A stretch of DNA of 63,787 nucleotides, filler included, from Phoronis australis (taxonomy: Eukaryota; Animalia; Phoronida), in assembly GCA_002633005.1 (NCBI GenBank). It is 7 parts of 7 records of this genome, joined end to end, with 100 filler letters (N's around TTAATTAATTAA, not from the genome) between each part and the next. Parts side by side here need not be neighbours in the genome. Positions count along the whole stretch, not along the records: positions 6,337 to 37,516 come from NMRA01000262.1; 6 more parts are not named here. The stretch is one strand, 5' to 3'. The notes under the pieces were generated by a model, which had not been told where the DNA came from, ran no database searches, and worked only from the letters and a program-made list of their open reading frames with translations. The position numbers and the translations under genes were made by a program. The stretch's first letter is position 1. Each line of letters opens with the position of its first letter. Positions 12,409-26,109 of this stretch are shown here, one piece after another.

Positions 12409-14742
12409 ACTTTCTGTTCCATCAGTTAGAGGTGAAGGTTGTCTCCTTTGTTGAAAGGCTTTTTGTTAGAGTACAACTTAGGCCTCTGACATCTGTTTAA
12501 CACCACTGGACTTTGAATTTTCGGTTTTAAGCTCATGACATGGTGAAATGAAATTTCTCCAAGTATGTTACTTTGTCATAAAATTTGTTTGTTACTTAGT
12601 GAAATGAAATTTCAAATTTGTTTTTTTGTTTCTTTGCACAGTACAGATCACGGTTCTTATTGAATCAATGTGAAATTTACACACAGCGTGTCTTTTGAAT
12701 GGCTCGAAGCCTATTGTTTTTGGTTAAAATCAGATGCAAGATGGCGCTGTGGCATCCATTTTCCCTGCGCTGTATCTGGGCCATCACAATTGTGTTATGT
12801 CTTACCACTCTCCCAAGTACTCAAGATTTTCCAAAGACTGACAATGTAATTGAGTTTTTGTGCTGTATCTTTGGCATCCCTTGACAGATCTGTCTGAAAT
12901 TTGGTATGTTTATAGATCTTTGCAAGCACTATCAGCGTTGTGAAACCCGTTTCTTGCTATGACTTACCGTTCTCGCGATATTCAAGATTTACTGCTCAGT
13001 TGACTGTTGTTTTATTGACTACGGCTATTTCTCTAACATTTCGTACACATATAGCAATGAGGGCAGCGTTGCCCTCCGAGACAGTGGTTTAGCAATTGGT
13101 AATGTGAATTATATTACAGCAGGTTACAAGTTATTATCTCATATGATTGATTTACTTCAAAATTCAATACTTGAATGCTTTGTCATTTGATTTTCTTCCT
13201 GTGTTCGCAAACTTTAAGAACCTGGCTTTGAGAACTCCAATGAGGTCAAAAAATGGGGCAGTGGCAGTGGTTTATACTGGATTCCAAAACTGGGAGTCTA
13301 TATTTTCCAAAAAAATGAGCAAACACGCCTTGTTCCCGCCAGCTCTGGTGGTCCGCTGCCTGCACCGCTATGGCTACAGAGCCATGCAATGGTGTATCCA
13401 CCCATGTAATAGATAGTACCATGAAGTGTCATTGACAGAACATAAGACATTTGTTTATTTGATGAGTTTAAAATCTAAGTCTGTAATGACATGTTGGAAA
13501 CAGTATGGGGAAGCATTTTACTCAAAAAAGAATGCGATATTCATATTAGTGGTGTCATTGTCAACTGAGTTTTAAGCAGCAATGTCCTGTCTTCTTGAAG
13601 CAGATCGTCTGCGTAAAGTCTTGGTAAAGTGGCTCTCATTTTTATCGTCTGTGATCAAGCCTATGTTTTCTCTAAGTCTCAGGTCTTGCAAAACATTTAT
13701 ATTCAATGCCGTTGTAATGTTTGCTTGAATTCCACGTCAACATGTAGGTACACCCAAAACTGGAATTATTGCAGAAATTACACAAAATAGGTCAAGTCCA
13801 CTTCTTCGTCCACCATCTTGAATGTGTAATTAGGTAGAGTAAACTGATTCTCATGCATTTTCATTTGCTTGGATGGGAAAAGGTGAAACCAGATGTCGAC
13901 TGGATTGTCAAACATTTGCAACTATGCCATTTCTAATAATTTCAGGATTGTCGCAAATTCATTCTACCTGTTAAGAATCATGTTTTCTCAAGTTTGGATT
14001 GAATTGGTTCTCATAATGTGGGGCCCCTGACAATGACTCTTACCCATCTGTGGTAAATGTGGTGTGCAGGGCGTCCAGCAGTTTCCTCCTGTATTCTGAT
14101 AAGAGAGGTGAACAAGCGAGCTCTTTGTGTGCCCGTTTGATGAAAGTATATATCTGGCTATGTGAAACTTGTGATAAATATTGCCATTTGACCTTGACTG
14201 CATACCAGTTTATGGTCTGGTCAACATTATAACAAGGATATCTTGATGACTGTTGACAAAGTGCTGGTGTCCCCCTCATCATAATTTGTGTTGGCCTCAT
14301 AACACCCATAACACTTAACCTTGAAAGATTTTAGCGCTTGTCCCAGTGCACTTTTTACACCCTCGCTATCAATAGCTTACATGCTTTTGAGTGTCTGGGG
14401 TTTTGTGCTGTGCCCATTTATATTGTGTTTACACACATTTGCGTGGCCTTTTTATGTCCAATCATGCGATTTAAGTTCAATGCAAGCTTTTGATGCGATA
14501 TCAAAACATTTGGCCTTACTTTGCCACTTCTTGCTGTTGGTCAAACCCACCTGTGCTACTGTAAGTGATCTCTTTTTTGTCAGTCTCTGTTTTAATCCAG
14601 GATTGTTGGTGATGGCTCAGAGTCATTCAGTTATTGATTAACTGCTTCAGGTTCATGATATTTTCATGTGGAATACCAGGAAACCAACTGTGATGCATTT
14701 GATTTTTGTCTAAACTGTAAGTGGAGTCATTTGCGGCATGTG

Positions 14743-14777
<35 letters not shown>

Positions 14778-15824
14778 ATGTATGGCTATGAGAATCCATT
14801 ATAGAAAACTGTCGGCATAGATGGCTGCAATATGGGGACAGTTGTTTTTTGTTTTCTCATCTTTTTTTGAAAAGATAATAGATCATCATCACATTTTCAA
14901 CTTCAGTGACAGTATTTGAAGGAAAATGGGAAGGGTCATACATTTCAGCTATTGTTTTTGTTGGAAATAGTCCAGATTTTGGTGTGATTTGAATCGTTCT
15001 CTATTGAGATTAGCAAGTATCATCGCATTACTGAAGCCGAGGTTTCGGTAATGTTTGGTGATATAGAAGCACAAATATTGAAGGCTAGGTTTCGGTAATG
15101 TTTGGTGATATAGAAGGTAATCTGACCTCCTGTACATTGGCAGAATGACTGCATGGCATTGATAGTGATTTGGTGGCTATTTGGGGTGCCAATGTATCTT
15201 GGTAAAGCCCTAAATGCACGTTAAGATAAATTTGAGGTGCTCTTTTGATAGAATGCGGGGGCCCCTCTAACCATTATGTTGATGTTGTCACTTGTTCAGA
15301 TTATGATGTAGTATATTAGGGTAATAATAGTTTGATAGCATTATCTGACATAATGACAACATTATTAACATGGTGACATCTGGAGACTGTCCAACATTGC
15401 CTGTAATTTGAGCTAACTTTCTTGTGCCCTAATTGTGCTGAATGTCTCTTGGATTCCTTTGTTTTGTCCATCATCCTGTCTTCAGTCTGGTGAACAACAA
15501 GAGTTTTTATCAATTATTCATCAACTCCAGTCTGTTGGGTCACCATCACTAGTTGTGCAATGGTTTCCCTGCAGTGCTGGTGTGTTTCCAATCACTGCAT
15601 TGCTGGACTGGTCTGGGGGTTATTTAACCTATCTTAATTACATAACACTAGTCTGTACATAACACTAGTCTGTATGTACTAGGGGTGGGTGTGGCACATG
15701 GCTCATTGGGCGCATTCTCAATGAATCTTCCTTGACATATCTGTGTTTGTTTCTACAGTGCATCTCTCAGTGTATTTTTCAATACTACTGATTTGTTTGT
15801 AGGACTAACTTTGGAACATCATAT

Positions 15825-16210
15825 CAGATTGTACGACTAACTTGGCAACATCATATCTCAGATTGTTAATACTAACTTGGCAACATCATATCTCAGAGAT
15901 TGGATTCAAGTGAAACTTTCAGATACTATGCTTTGTGCACTTATATTGAAAACGCTTTGAGGAATTGTCTATAAAAAATAGGAAAAAACTAATGTTGTAC
16001 AAAATAAATAGGAAATAATATTTTAGAAACCTGTATTTTTAGATCTCATCTTGAACATTTATGGATCGTGTTAATGATAGCGTTGTTTTGCTGTCAAATG
16101 TACCTTTCTTTTTTACTATATTTTACTAAAAGGATATGGTCACATGCCCCAATTAATGGCAGGCTGGTAGAAAGTCAAAGATCAAACTTGATACAGTCTT
16201 TGTACTTTCA
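15825..16210 (+). repeat. Old dispersed repeat family (related copies at about 8040-8220 and 59195-59590)
   Basis: Shared motifs GGAACATCATATC(TC)AGA and TCAC(A/G)TG(A/C)CCCAAT(T/C)AATGG on different scaffolds. Confidence 0.5.
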
Positions 16211-16222
16211 GAAAATTCATAC

Positions 16223-16620
16223 CTTTACTGTATTAGAATTAATACATACGTTTACTGTATTAGAATTAATACATAGCCCGGCTTACTGTATTAGAATTAA
16301 TACATAGCCTGGCTTACTGTATTAGAATTAATACATAGCCTGGCTTACTGTATTAGAATTAATACATAGCCTGGCTTACTGTATTAGANCAGCATCTGGC
16401 AAAGTCATGTCATACATCTGACACTTTTTATAAGCAGAGTCAAAAATGTGGATGAACTCACCAATATCCTGTCCCATTTCCCGATGACACTTATCAAATT
16501 TTGTGTATGCCTCATACGCATAGTCCTTTCTATCTCGTGACTGTGTTAGAATTAATACATAGCCTGGCTTACTGTATTAGAATTAATACATAGCCTGGCT
16601 TATTGTATTAGAATTAATAC
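16223..16620. repeat. 31-bp tandem repeat in two blocks (16223-16388, 16540-16620)
   Basis: Unit TTACTGTATTAGAATTAATACATAGCCTGGC; interrupted at an n (16389). Confidence 0.9.
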
Positions 16621-17394
16621 TTTTGTATATATATGGCTAAATACACATAGTTGTTGATAATGTCCTACACAGCTTGAGTGTATCATATTGCATTGTCTTA
16701 CACAGCCTGAAAGTATTCCGCTTGAGTGTATCATATTGCAACTAGAAAATAATCAAAGTTTGAAGATTTTACTTTAGTTTGTAACATGAACGGTTATGAA
16801 ACACTGGCATAAGAAAGTTAATTTTCTATTCCTTGATTTAGTAATCAGTAATATCTTTATGGCTATAGTGTTATATTACATTTCCTAGTTTTTCTATTAC
16901 CTGGGCCAAAGATGTTGGCTGTTTCTGCCTCCCTCTGAATTTTAAACAATATCACTTTTGCAAACTTACGATTTGCTTAAGTCTATTTATCTATCTATCT
17001 ATCTTCTATCTATTATCTATTATATAAAATGCATTGTCTCCCGCGCTCCACTACAGACCTTCGTTGCCCCTGTTTCGGCACCACCTTGGTCCCAGGTATT
17101 GCACCGGCCCTCTGTTTGGATTCGAGATGTTCTAGTTTTTTCTCTAGGGCCATTTTTTCGTGTACGCGGAGGGAGGGTGGCCAGTTTCGTACTGGCCTTG
17201 GTGGTGTTAGTCGGTCGGCTCAACGGCCTGGGTGACGTCACTTCGTCGGCTTAATTTCACTCCATCCGACTTCTGTCACGTATACAATTCATCTGGCCTG
17301 TCGCCGCCTAAGTTAATGATGCCTCATTAAAATTTTTACTCTTCCTTTAGTAAACTCAATTATTTACCCGAGTGTTGGAAAATTGACGTTCTTC

Positions 17395-17900
17395 AGTTAC
17401 TCTGCTGCTAAAATTGCGATGCGCTTTTGGGCGCCATTGCGTCACCTATTGGCCAATTTCCATGTTCTTCAATCAACGTTGCGTACATACCGTAAAAATC
17501 GGAAGTGGTTTCAATTCGTTACAGTTTTTACTATTTTAATACCAGAAATCTCAATTTCAGAACAAACTCCTGAGAGATGTCGCATAATTTTAGAAAATGA
17601 CACGTACGTGCGCGTGTCACGAGCATGCACTGTTTTCAAAATGACGACAGATTTTCCTTTGTTACAAAAGGCGGAGAATTACGAAAAATAATGTTAATTA
17701 GATTTTTTACTTGGGTTAAACAGGAAAGGTGAATGTCGGTTCATTCCCAGATTCTGCATGCACCCATGCAGGTTGTTAGCTATAAGTTTCACCACGAGGT
17801 GACGAGCTGAGCACCTGGGTTGCGTAAAATTTCGGTGTCCGACGGAGTAGTCTGGTTACCTAGCTGTATGTTGACGATAGTCTTCATACAGCTAGCTGGC
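17395..17900 (+). repeat. Dispersed repeat, diverged homologue of about 40060-40640
   Basis: Shared blocks TCTGCTGCTAAA, TTGCGTCAC(C/T)TATTGGCCA, CCTGAGAGATGTCGCA, TTCCCAGA..TGCATGCACCC and TCTTCATACAGCTAGCTGGCT in the same order. Confidence 0.7.
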
Positions 17901-19891
17901 TTTCTACCTCTGTATGTACATTTATGATGCAACTTTACATGATCTATATACTTTGTGTGCTGTACGATATTTTAAATGCATTCTTAGTTTTCATTTTAAA
18001 AGAATAATATCTGATTACCGTACTTTGTGCTACGGCGGGGTCAAATGTTCTCAGTGGAAAGAAATTTGTACTGCCTGGGCATGGGGAAAGAATCCTGCAG
18101 TTGCACGCCTTGCCTTCTAAAATCTGACAGTGACAGAAATTCTACTTGGGTCTCTTTAAGAAGTATTCCTGTCTCTTACAATGAACACTCAGTTCACTCT
18201 TAGGTGTAGCTATTTCCCCTCGGTGTTTCCCACTAGATGTCACCTGTGCGAAGGCACGAGTAACAGCTAGTATCTCTTAATGTTTAATTTTTCCATTTGA
18301 ACATTAAGTCAGTCATTGAAAGTATTGTTCACTTCACTAACATTTCTACTGTTTGACGATCATTAAAGTGTATCTTGCACACTAATTCCTTATCTCTATG
18401 ATTGCTTAGTCAAACACAACATATAGCCACGATGTGACTATGAAGTACGTTGAAAATGGTATGAAATGTTTTTATGAACGAGTTTTATGTTGAATCTGTA
18501 GTAAATCACTCAACCGTATCCAGTGTTTATCTGGACATGGTGTTGGGGAATAACACTGCATGATGGGAGCTATGTGAGCTCCCTAAGTACGGCATTAGTT
18601 CAAAGGTCACCTATTTGCAGAATTTTTTGTTTTCACATGTACAAGTTGTCAGTGAATACAACTGCTCTTTGTTTAGCGTAGATGATATTCACATAGCATT
18701 GTTGTTTAGTTCCTGCATGGTTAGGAGTATGCAAATACATCTTTAAGATGCTCTTGACTAAATTTATCATTGGCAGTAAGGCACTCAACTTTTAGAAATA
18801 TTGAAACACTTTTTTGTGTAACATATCTAAGGAGTTAATGTATCTGAAACCTTATTCACAAAAACTGGCCATTCTGAACTTCAGATACGAATTATATCGG
18901 TTTACAGTGTAGCGAGATAAGAAACATTTGGCAGAACCACCTTGGAATCACACAACCGGTGTGGAAATTTGTTTACTACTTATCTGAGGTCAAGAGTTAC
19001 GGGGCTGTCACTCAAATCGAGCTGCTCCGTATGTACACTCAGTCCTTTCATTCACCGAGTTGACATAATATTGCATCAACAACATGTACATATGATAGAA
19101 AGATGGGGAAAGGAAGGCAAAATGCAGCTCTGATCCTGAGAGAAATGTGTGTCTGCATGCATACGACTTGAAAACGAATGCTCCAAGTCCTCTGTGACTG
19201 TATTCTCGAGCACAGCATGTGAAAAGGGATAAATCCTCACCCAAATTGACCTATCGCCAGAATTTTGAGTGACGGCTTAACCAACCAATTAGAACTAAGC
19301 ATTCTTGACACACCTTCGTTTCCAAGCCGCCGTTTTACCCGACGAGCAATGCGTTACCGGGTAAAACTTATTGTTTGTTTTTGAACATTTCGCTAGGGGG
19401 CAGAGCTTGCGATAGGTCAATTCCTTATTTCGGGTTATTTGACATTTAGCTGTTTCGATCTCATGCTCACTACTTGCTTTTAACCACCGACTCGATTTCT
19501 GTATACATTTCATACTTGGTTTTCCTTTCAGTCTCCCAGCACGTGATGTGTCTAACAAGGAACTGTTGACCTACTTTAAAGTGGACCACAATGCATCATC
19601 TTGACACACTTAATATGTTGGCTCTGCCCGCATGACCTTGTTGGATTCAATGCATTATAAATTTGGATTGGCTGATGAAATGTTTTTGTGATAATTAAGT
19701 TAATTACACACTGCAAATTCAGATGACATTGTGTGTACATGTTGAAATAATGAACGTGGCTAAGGCGTGTATAGGTTGTATTGACCACAAACAAAGGTTA
19801 TGGTTTACAATCCGACTCTATTAACATGCGTACTTGATACTACTATATTCTGAATCCTCTAGTCACGGTGATTCCAAAATTGTATTACTTG

Positions 19892-22348
19892 CAGGGCTCG
19901 ACATAACGAGCTGCAGGTCGCATTTGCGACCTGAAATTTGGAAATGCGAGCTGAGATTTTTGTCAGCTCGTATCAAGTCGCAAAATGCGACCTGGAATTT
20001 CCTATGAATGCGAGCTGAGTTTTTACACTTCTCGGCAGATACCTGGCAAATATAAAGCAACTATTGTTAATCCGACCCCTGCATTACTTGGTTGTTGCCA
20101 AATCCAAGTTCAAAAGATCACTAACTGAGAACAGCCCTCCCGATGACTTGTAAGCAAGTCGCGGGACCATGGGATATGCAGAATCGATCTTTGACGCGTT
20201 TCATTGGCTAACATTTTTGGCCACTTTTGCAAATTTCCGGATTTGCCAAAGAAAGTTTCGGGCCACATAACACGTGATAAAACCTCAAAAAACACTGGTG
20301 TTTCTATTAATTCTTAAGCGAGCAACTTATCAAACTTTGTGTTGGACAAATATGTTTGTTTTTCGCTTAAGTTGTCCTTATTACCTTTACCAAATATCCA
20401 CGACAATATCCCTGATATCGCACTGCGCCACTGGTCGGTCCCGTTGTTAGCGTGCAAGCGGTCCCGGCAAGACAATCATGACTTAGTTATGTACGCCTCG
20501 TTTTTATTCCATAAGACAGCCAAAGTGAAAATGAAAACCTATTAATCCCCAGACGATCACATCTTTACTTTCAGTTGCCAAGAAATTCTCAAACCCCATT
20601 ACTTGTTTCTGGGGCTACGTGCGTGAAATATGATTGCCAACGTAAAGTGTAGGCCTATTCCAGCGATTCAAGTGCGTGAACTCGCGCGTGCGCACCGTTT
20701 CAAAGCTGCACATCAAAAGAGAACAGCGGCAGTCCTAAATGAAAGAGTATACCGGCTTGGCACTGTTAAGCACCCGGGTGCCAATGGTTTATTTGAAAAT
20801 GAACTCGTAGATTTCCGGCGGTTATAATAGACCTGATGCTTTTCCCCGGGACAGATGTAACTCAGAACTGATATTTTCCGGTTCCGATGTTTCTCGAGGT
20901 CGATGCTCTCTAAACCCTATATTCTATGCCTGTAACCAGCTATTGCAACTAAACGGGTACTAGATGCGAAATTGTGGTTAGCGAACTTTTTATTCTTCTC
21001 TTCATACACCTCCCCCCGCCCCCTCCCCCCTCCCCGGCAACTTTTCGCTCCCCGGACCACCGCCGCCGTAAAAATGTTCAGTCTCCAATAGAAACAATCA
21101 TGTTCCAGCTGAAGCGGGCAATTATAAACAAAATTATTCCGGGTGGCTAAAAAGGATACAGTGTAGGTGGTATGGTAACGATATGCAGAAAGTCACCCCT
21201 ACTAGATGGAGTTTGCCTCGCAAAATCGTATTATTATAACGTTTCTTACCATTGTAGTCTTTTAATATCTTATTACCGCAAACACTCAGGTTAACGACTA
21301 TGCTAACGCACAAGCCTACTCCCTACCTTTGAAGTGTTTCACAATAAGCGCTCACTGATCTACTAAGCGTTCCCCCTCAACTTTTGAGAATTTCCAATTA
21401 AGCGCCCACAGTTTAGGCTAGCGCCCATCATATCGCACTACAAACGACCGCGCGTAGTTTAAAATTGACTCGCAGCCTATATGGTGTGGCACTCTCATTT
21501 TACACAACAAATTCCGTTTTCAAAAAACGTCTTCTCAATATGTAAAAACCAAATCCCGGCTTTGTTTTATACCTCCGAAAGAAAGTTAATACTAGTGACA
21601 TGCGTGTCGTTTTGTGACTGACCTATTTTTCCCGTACCTGGAAGGTATTGAGCAAATTGTCATTACCAGATGGAAACTCGCATGGAGGGAGTCGGGAATT
21701 ATTTGGAGGCTATTCACTTCATGGAAAACCAATTGTTGAGTACGTTAACAGCATAAGTACAACATTTTTGTTGTGAAATTTGCGTTAAAGCATCGTTTCA
21801 CGGATTTTTTTTCGGTAGACGTTTTTCAAACATGAGTTAAGTTGCAAAATTTTGGCTGCGAACAAAAAGCAGAGGGAATTTGCCCTCGGAGTTAGTTGGA
21901 ATCTTTAACGACTTTGATGACAGCCAGTAGCAGGTCAGACCTAGCAAAACCCCGAATACTTTTTCAACGGGCATTTTCTCCCTTTTCAAATCGCAAACTT
22001 AGCTACTTGAATGCACGGGTCAGTTAGAGAGCACTAATTCAACTTTCACGTCGGGAACTTAACTTGCGCTCTAGAGACTTTCAATGGCGGTCATGAAGAA
22101 CAGTAACGCCGTACCTGCATGAACGAAGTCAGTTTTGGGATCTGAAATTTGTGAGTATTTAACGCGGCAGGAAAGAGCATAATCTAAACATTTTCTCGAT
22201 GATCTAAAATCAATTTTGGAGCGTAAAAATGGCAGGAAAATTTTGCGACCTGGCATTTATGAATGCGAGCTGGATTTTGGAAATGCGACCTGGGATTCTG
22301 GCTAGATCGCAAAATGCGACTTGGCGAGTTTAATAGCGTCGAGCCCTG
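19892..22348. mobile_element. 2457-bp non-autonomous TIR transposon (hAT-like) with 5-bp TSD ACTTG
   Basis: Perfect 11-bp TIR CAGGGCTCGAC ... GTCGAGCCCTG; ACTTG at 19887-19891 and 22349-22353; clustered subterminal TGCGA(C/G)CT motifs at both ends; second copy at 43429. Confidence 0.85.
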
Positions 22349-24484
22349 ACTTGTACTGTCAGATTGGTCGTATCTTACTCATAATTTCCAAGTTTTTCCA
22401 AGGGGTTCATTTGCAATGCGGATTTAGTGAGGCAGCCATTTTTAGAAGTGCGACACCTTTCGGCTGAATTGATAACTAACAGTGAACCTAGAGTGACGTT
22501 GGTTCGATGCAGAATGTGCTTCTACCGATATTCGCATATTTTAGTCTGCCAGTGATATTAGTTTCCTTATTACCTAATTCCACTTGTTTGAAACAGTTTT
22601 TATCTCTGAGAAGGCACATGTCCACCATAACACTAGCCGAAATCATGTCTTTGAGATGTCAAGTGTTTTCAAGGACGATATTTGTCTGCGAGAACATGCA
22701 CTCTCATGTTTTTTCTTAAAAAGTTTTGAAGAGGCAATCCTTTATAAATGGCTATTACTGATTTTTACTTAGAGTTTCCCAAGTGAGCCACGTGGTATCT
22801 TCAATACTAGCCAATTTTTGGGTCTTCTGACAGGCGTGATCATTGTAGTTATCATTCCTGCAGAGAGGTGTAGCAGTTTTATAATGGCAGTCACTCGAGA
22901 TCGGCTGCTGCAAATGAACACCTCGTAAAAACAGTGAATGCATGAATAAGAAGAGCCTAATCAGTACGAGTAATATATTTTTAGAATCACCATGATCACC
23001 ATGGTTAGAGGATTCAGAAAATATTAATATCAAGTATGTACGTTCATGGAGTCGGATTGTAAACAATATCCTATAACAAGTTTTCATTGAATAATTTGAC
23101 CGAAGTCCTTGATTTTTTCCTGTCTCGCCAAATAATGTTTTTTTATTTCTCGTCTTCGGCAAATGAACTTAATTTGAACCTAAGAAGTTAGATGGCTTGG
23201 TAGGTTCTGCTGTAACTGTCCAAACTGAATATTTCTTCATCAATCTCAAAAACGTTATTAGGATTTTCGATATAAAGGCCTAGTTTTTGTGTAATGTAAC
23301 ACAGGCGAATACGACTTCTTTTTCTACAAAAATACCTTTTGTTTTGCAAGTTGAACGAAGAGATAACTACTTAAGTTTTCATTTAAAAAAGGTTTCAATA
23401 AAATTGACCGAGGGGTAATTTGCTGTGACTGTACCTTTCTTGAACATGGAATTTTGACTTAAAAAAGGTGTTAATGTAAAAATAACAATGACACATAAAT
23501 ATAAAACATATTTTTATGTTCCCTGATCTTTTTTCTTTTAGAAAATATGTACTTTTACTAGTTGACAAAGCTTAGTTTTTACGAGTTAGAGTCGTGGCCT
23601 CAAAATAAGGTTTGAGATAACCTTAACCTAAACACTCTGGTCTTAGTAGAGACTGATAATTATAGTCTTTTACATGGTTTAGTTCAAACATTATCCAACA
23701 GCTGTAGGTTCTGGCCATGTGTGTATTTGACTTGTCAATATGGGAGATCAATAGACTTCATTGATGTATATCTAAAAACTGAAACATGTGCAGCATGTTT
23801 CAATGTTGACCTGTCTGTCTGACCATCAGCTGCTGGCAACAATATATAATAGGACATAACCTACCAGCATCAGTGTTCTCATGTGGTCAGACACCCTCTA
23901 ATTCGGAGACCTCTCCCTCAAACTTTGACCCCCAATGCAAGTCTGTATATTTAGCCAAATATCTTCAAAGCAAATAGATTCTAACTTGGTAAAAGTTCTA
24001 CAGAATTTGATTTTTGACTTTATATCAATTTGCCATCAGTTAGGTCACATGATCATGTATTTTAAGTACAATTTAGACAAAGAGAAAGTTACATTCATAG
24101 GAAACGGTCATATCAAGAATAGGGGAAAATTTCTTTTGATGCATATGCTCAACATAAAATGTCAAAAACGCTGTTACTGTTTTCTAAATTATCATTTTTT
24201 TATGCTCATTTTGGTATTTTCCTAAAAATCATAAAGCTAAGCGTACATGGACAAGGCAACTGGCAGAATGCGCACATGTCAGTTTCTAGCTTGCATACAC
24301 CGGTAATTTAGTGATTGTGGGAATAACAAGGTCTGATATTACTTGTGCCTTGTACAAAGAGACAGAGACCTATTCCCTTTCTTTCCTAATCCAAGTCGCA
24401 GTACTCTGTTTTTTTAATGTGTTAATGAAATTCCTGTGATTGTAGGTTGTACATATTTATTTTCCTGTTTAATTTGTTTTTTTT

Positions 24485-24690
24485 GATATCTCTGTGCCTT
24501 GTGCAACAATAAATGATACCTCTGTGCCTTGTGCAACAATGAATGATATCTCTGTGCCTTGTGCAACAATAAATGATACCTCTGTGCCTTGTGCAACAAT
24601 GAATGATATCTTTGTGCCCTGTGCAACAATAAATGATACCTCTGTGCCTTGTGCAACATTGGATGATACCTCTCTGCCTTGCACAACAAT
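24485..24690. repeat. 30-bp tandem repeat, about 7 copies, alternating two variants
   Basis: GATA(T/C)CTCTGTGCCTTGTGCAACAAT(A/G)AAT. Confidence 0.95.
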
Positions 24691-25893
24691 AGTGATATAA
24701 TCTCACCCATTTTGAACTCACCATTTTGGACACGGGGAATTTTATTTTCCAACTTATGATTTTCAAGTTCTGTACCATAGTTACCACTAGGCAATTTTCC
24801 TTCCCCCCTCCCCCACCCCCCGAACCCTTCCCCCGTCCCCCCTCCAACAAATGAATGAATAAACCCCCACTTATCACAGTCTGGCGACTGTGTTATTTTG
24901 TGAACAACTTGAAGGCAAGTTACTTGAAGTAGCATTGAATTTTAATTAAGTCATGAATTTTGAAGATCTAGATCCGCTTTATAGTGTGAGGCAAGACCAC
25001 TGCTTTAATTAAAAACCTTTGAATAGCTTCCAAGCCTAAATCAATGTTCTTAGAGGTGGACTGTACTTAGCTTCAAAAAAAATTTGTACTCACCATTTGT
25101 GAGAAAATTATGACATTACTTGATGTCTTGCGTTGATATTTGTCCGACAATGATACTTTGTGGTCAATTTTGTTCTCAGAATTAGACATTGAATTGCTAT
25201 AATTAATTAATACTAAATATTAGGTGCTAGTTAGTAACATGTGCATTCTGCACCCAATGGCTACCTCCCACACATGGGGCATAAATTAGCTTGTCAAGTC
25301 TTACAAAACTTGCCACATTCTTTATTGTTGATACTAAGTAATGAATTATGTAAGGAAATGGATCAGTTGTCTTAGTGGGCACTTAACTGTACTAAGATAA
25401 GCCATGCTTCAGGCCCTGTACATGTTATGTTATGATCTGCTGGAGCAGGAACTGAAATGTTTCTCACTATTTAAGTGGTGCAGGTCAATGGCCAGAGCAG
25501 CTTATATTGGAGAACTTAACAATCACCAAGTGGTGGGCGTTAAGCAGGGAGGGAGTAGTCATATGCAAACAAAATTTTTTGAGTGGTCATAGGTGGTCAT
25601 CCTGTCTGCTGCACTTACATGGGAGACTGCAGAACCAGCAGCTAACAAAGAACAGCTGATCAGGTACAAGTGTGTTTGTAAACACGAGCACATGACACCA
25701 CAGTGGCCAGCTTTTGACAAGGGTTTGAGAGGTAGAGTGAGTTGTACTCAATCAGTTGTACCTGTTTCAACTACACATCTAAACATAACTGGGGCTGGTA
25801 AAATTTTGAGCATTAGCAACAATGGTAACCATCTGAAAAATATGAATGTGGCAATTTAGGTATTATGTTCAAATGATCCCTTGCTCATTTCAG

Positions 25894-26109
25894 ATGACAA
25901 AATGGACGGGCAGTGGCGGTAACAGTGATCGCCGGTCATCGGTACCGTACAGACTCGATGTAGACTTCTTCTCGCCCAAAAAAGTGGATGAGAACAGCAA
26001 CAAACCCCACTTCAGAATGTCAGTTCTTCTGGACAAGTCTATATTAAAGGTGCACCTACCCAATAGTGGGTTCCATCTGGTGAAATGTGGTGATGCTACT
26101 GACATCAAG
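25894..26109 (+). CDS. PTK2: Focal adhesion kinase, N-terminal exon (start of FERM domain)
   Basis: ttcag|ATG...AAG|gtgagt, 216 nt. Ends DKSILKVHLPNSGFHLVKCGDATDIK, matching the FAK FERM F1 start (LKV...GDATD). Confidence 0.9.

Noticed and set aside
12074-12454. Cys/His-rich repetitive ORFs (also at 6339, 24414, 33636, 36469-36883 and 63010)
   Set aside because: They are translations of mini- and microsatellites with unit lengths that keep frames open on both strands; no supporting exon structure.
19892-22348. ProtoRAG/Transib assignment because of the 5-bp TSD
   Set aside because: Ends are CAGGG rather than a CAC heptamer-like sequence, and no RAG1/Transib-like coding remnant was seen.
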